From an uncultured Acidobacteriota bacterium (GTDB lineage Bacteria > Acidobacteriota > Terriglobia > Acidiferrales > UBA7541), in contig CAWHXI010000001.1 of NCBI GenBank assembly GCA_963833345.1, positions 438,025 through 502,024 of the forward strand: a DNA stretch of 64,000 nucleotides, given 5' to 3'. The notes beneath the pieces are model-generated. The model searched no databases, was not told the origin of the DNA, and was given only the letters and a program-made list of their open reading frames with translations. The first letter of the stretch is position 1. Each line of letters begins with the position of its first letter. Both the position numbers and the translations under genes were made by a program. Below are positions 62,830 through 64,000 of the stretch, one piece after another.

Positions 62830-64000
62830 CACGCTCTCTAAATGCGATTTGGGTCGTGCGCCGGCGCCGAACATCTCGCGGTATTGTTCTGCTCGCGATC
62901 ACTGCACTCCAGTTGAGTGGATGCACAGTTGGGCCAAAATATCAGCGCCCGACGGCAGAAGTTCCGCCAGCTTATAAAGAGGTAGGCGATTGGAAACCTG
63001 CCCAACCGAACGACCAGAACCTCGGTACTAACTGGTGGGAAATTTTTCAAGATCCCCAACTCAATGCCTTCGAAGCGCAGGTCAACGTCTCCAATCAGAA
63101 CTTGAAGGCGGCCGCAGCCCAATATACCCAGGCTCGTGCTGTGCTCCGCTACTATCGCGCCGATTACTTTCCAACGGTCACCGCAGATCCATCGGCAACC
63201 CGCACCAGGACTTCCAAAAACCGTCCGCCTCCCAGCTCGATCTTCAACGGCATCACCTACAACGATTTTCAAATTCCCTTCGAATTGTCCTATCAAATCG
63301 ATGTCTGGGGACGCGTGCGTCGTACCGTTGAGGCCTATCGCGACCAGGCACAAGCCAGTGCAGCCGACCTGGCCACCGTGAACTTGTCCATGCACGCCCA
63401 ACTGGCCTTGTACTATTTTCAGGCCCGTATGCTTGATGCCGAAGAGCAGCTTCTCAGTTCGACGGTAACGCAGTACGAGCAAGCCTTGGAGTTGATCCAA
63501 AGCCGGTTTGCCGGAGGCATTGCTTCCGATGTGGAAGTGCAACAAGCCGAGACTCAACTGGAGACAACTCGCGCGCAGGCCATTGACGTTGGAGTTGCCC
63601 GCGCACAGTACGAGCACGCCGTGGCGGTCTTAATCGGCAAGCCTCCGGCTTCTTTCAGTCTCGCTCCTCTTCCTTTAACGATGCCCCCTCCGGCGATTCC
63701 CGTGGGCCTGCCTTCCGAATTGCTCGAACGGCGACCCGACATCGCATCTGCTGAGCGCCTCATGGCCTCCGCCAACGCGCAGATTGGAGTTGCCAAGGCC
63801 GCCTACTATCCCAATATCAGCTTGGGGGCGACTGGGGGATTTGAGAGCAGTGCCATCACAACATTACTCTCAGGCCCTAGCATTTTGTGGTCAGCCGGGC
63901 CTTCCGCTCTGTTTACTGTCTTCGACGTAGGTAGGCGGCGTGCTGCTTCAGACCAAGCCGTCGCTGGTTACAATCAAGCGGTTGCCAATTATCGCCAAAC
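62826..64000 (+). CDS. efflux outer-membrane factor lipoprotein, NodT family (partial; continues beyond the right window edge)
   Basis: My own translation from GTG 62826 (GTGA overlap with the adaptor stop): ..IVLLAITALQLSGCTVGPKYQRPTAEVPPAYKE...WWEIFQDPQLNAFEAQV...ERRPDIASAERLMASANAQIGVAKAAYYPNISL... It stays open to position 64000. Absent from the supplied ORF track. Confidence 0.85.
   Translation, partial: MTRSLNAIWVVRRRRTSRGIVLLAITALQLSGCTVGPKYQRPTAEVPPAYKEVGDWKPAQPNDQNLGTNWWEIFQDPQLNAFEAQVNVSNQNLKAAAAQYTQARAVLRYYRADYFPTVTADPSATRTRTSKNRPPPSSIFNGITYNDFQIPFELSYQIDVWGRVRRTVEAYRDQAQASAADLATVNLSMHAQLALYYFQARMLDAEEQLLSSTVTQYEQALELIQSRFAGGIASDVEVQQAETQLETTRAQAIDVGVARAQYEHAVAVLIGKPPASFSLAPLPLTMPPPAIPVGLPSELLERRPDIASAERLMASANAQIGVAKAAYYPNISLGATGGFESSAITTLLSGPSILWSAGPSALFTVFDVGRRRAASDQAVAGYNQAVANYRQ

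Overview
GC-rich bacterial chromosomal segment. The gene content looks Acidobacteriota-like (giant secreted CarboxypepD_reg-containing protein, DUF3300/DUF2950 pair, many sigma-54, HisKA_3 and stand-alone receiver genes); this is inference only. About 45 genes are supported. Signal transduction dominates: a MASE1-5xPAS kinase, a 1924-aa soluble poly-HAMP hybrid kinase with three receivers, a REC-HisKA_3 kinase, 8 further receiver proteins, an ECF sigma factor, a receiver-less sigma-54 activator and a PP2C phosphatase. Cell-envelope functions are the second theme: HtrA protease, an alpha-2-macroglobulin-like thioester protein, an LdtD/MepK-like pair, OmpA, several beta-barrel OMPs and an RND efflux operon. 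There is one IS1634-family element. No rRNA, tRNA or CRISPR was seen. Most notable findings: (1) a ~2030-codon A2M-like protein whose bait region is replaced by three pseudopilin(GspG)-like modules plus a CarboxypepD_reg domain, and which is cut by one in-frame TAG; (2) two paralogous 4-Cys micro-proteins bracketing a receiver-HtrA pair next to that gene; (3) a 9 x 276-bp poly-HAMP array kept almost identical at protein level despite heavy synonymous divergence; (4) an orphan promoter-terminator pair that could encode a CU-rich sRNA beside the IS; (5) an RND pump gene with at least 7 frameshifts between intact partner genes; (6) three -24/-12 promoter candidates near a receiver-less sigma-54 activator. 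Two real genes at the window edges are missing from the supplied ORF track; I added them from my own translation.
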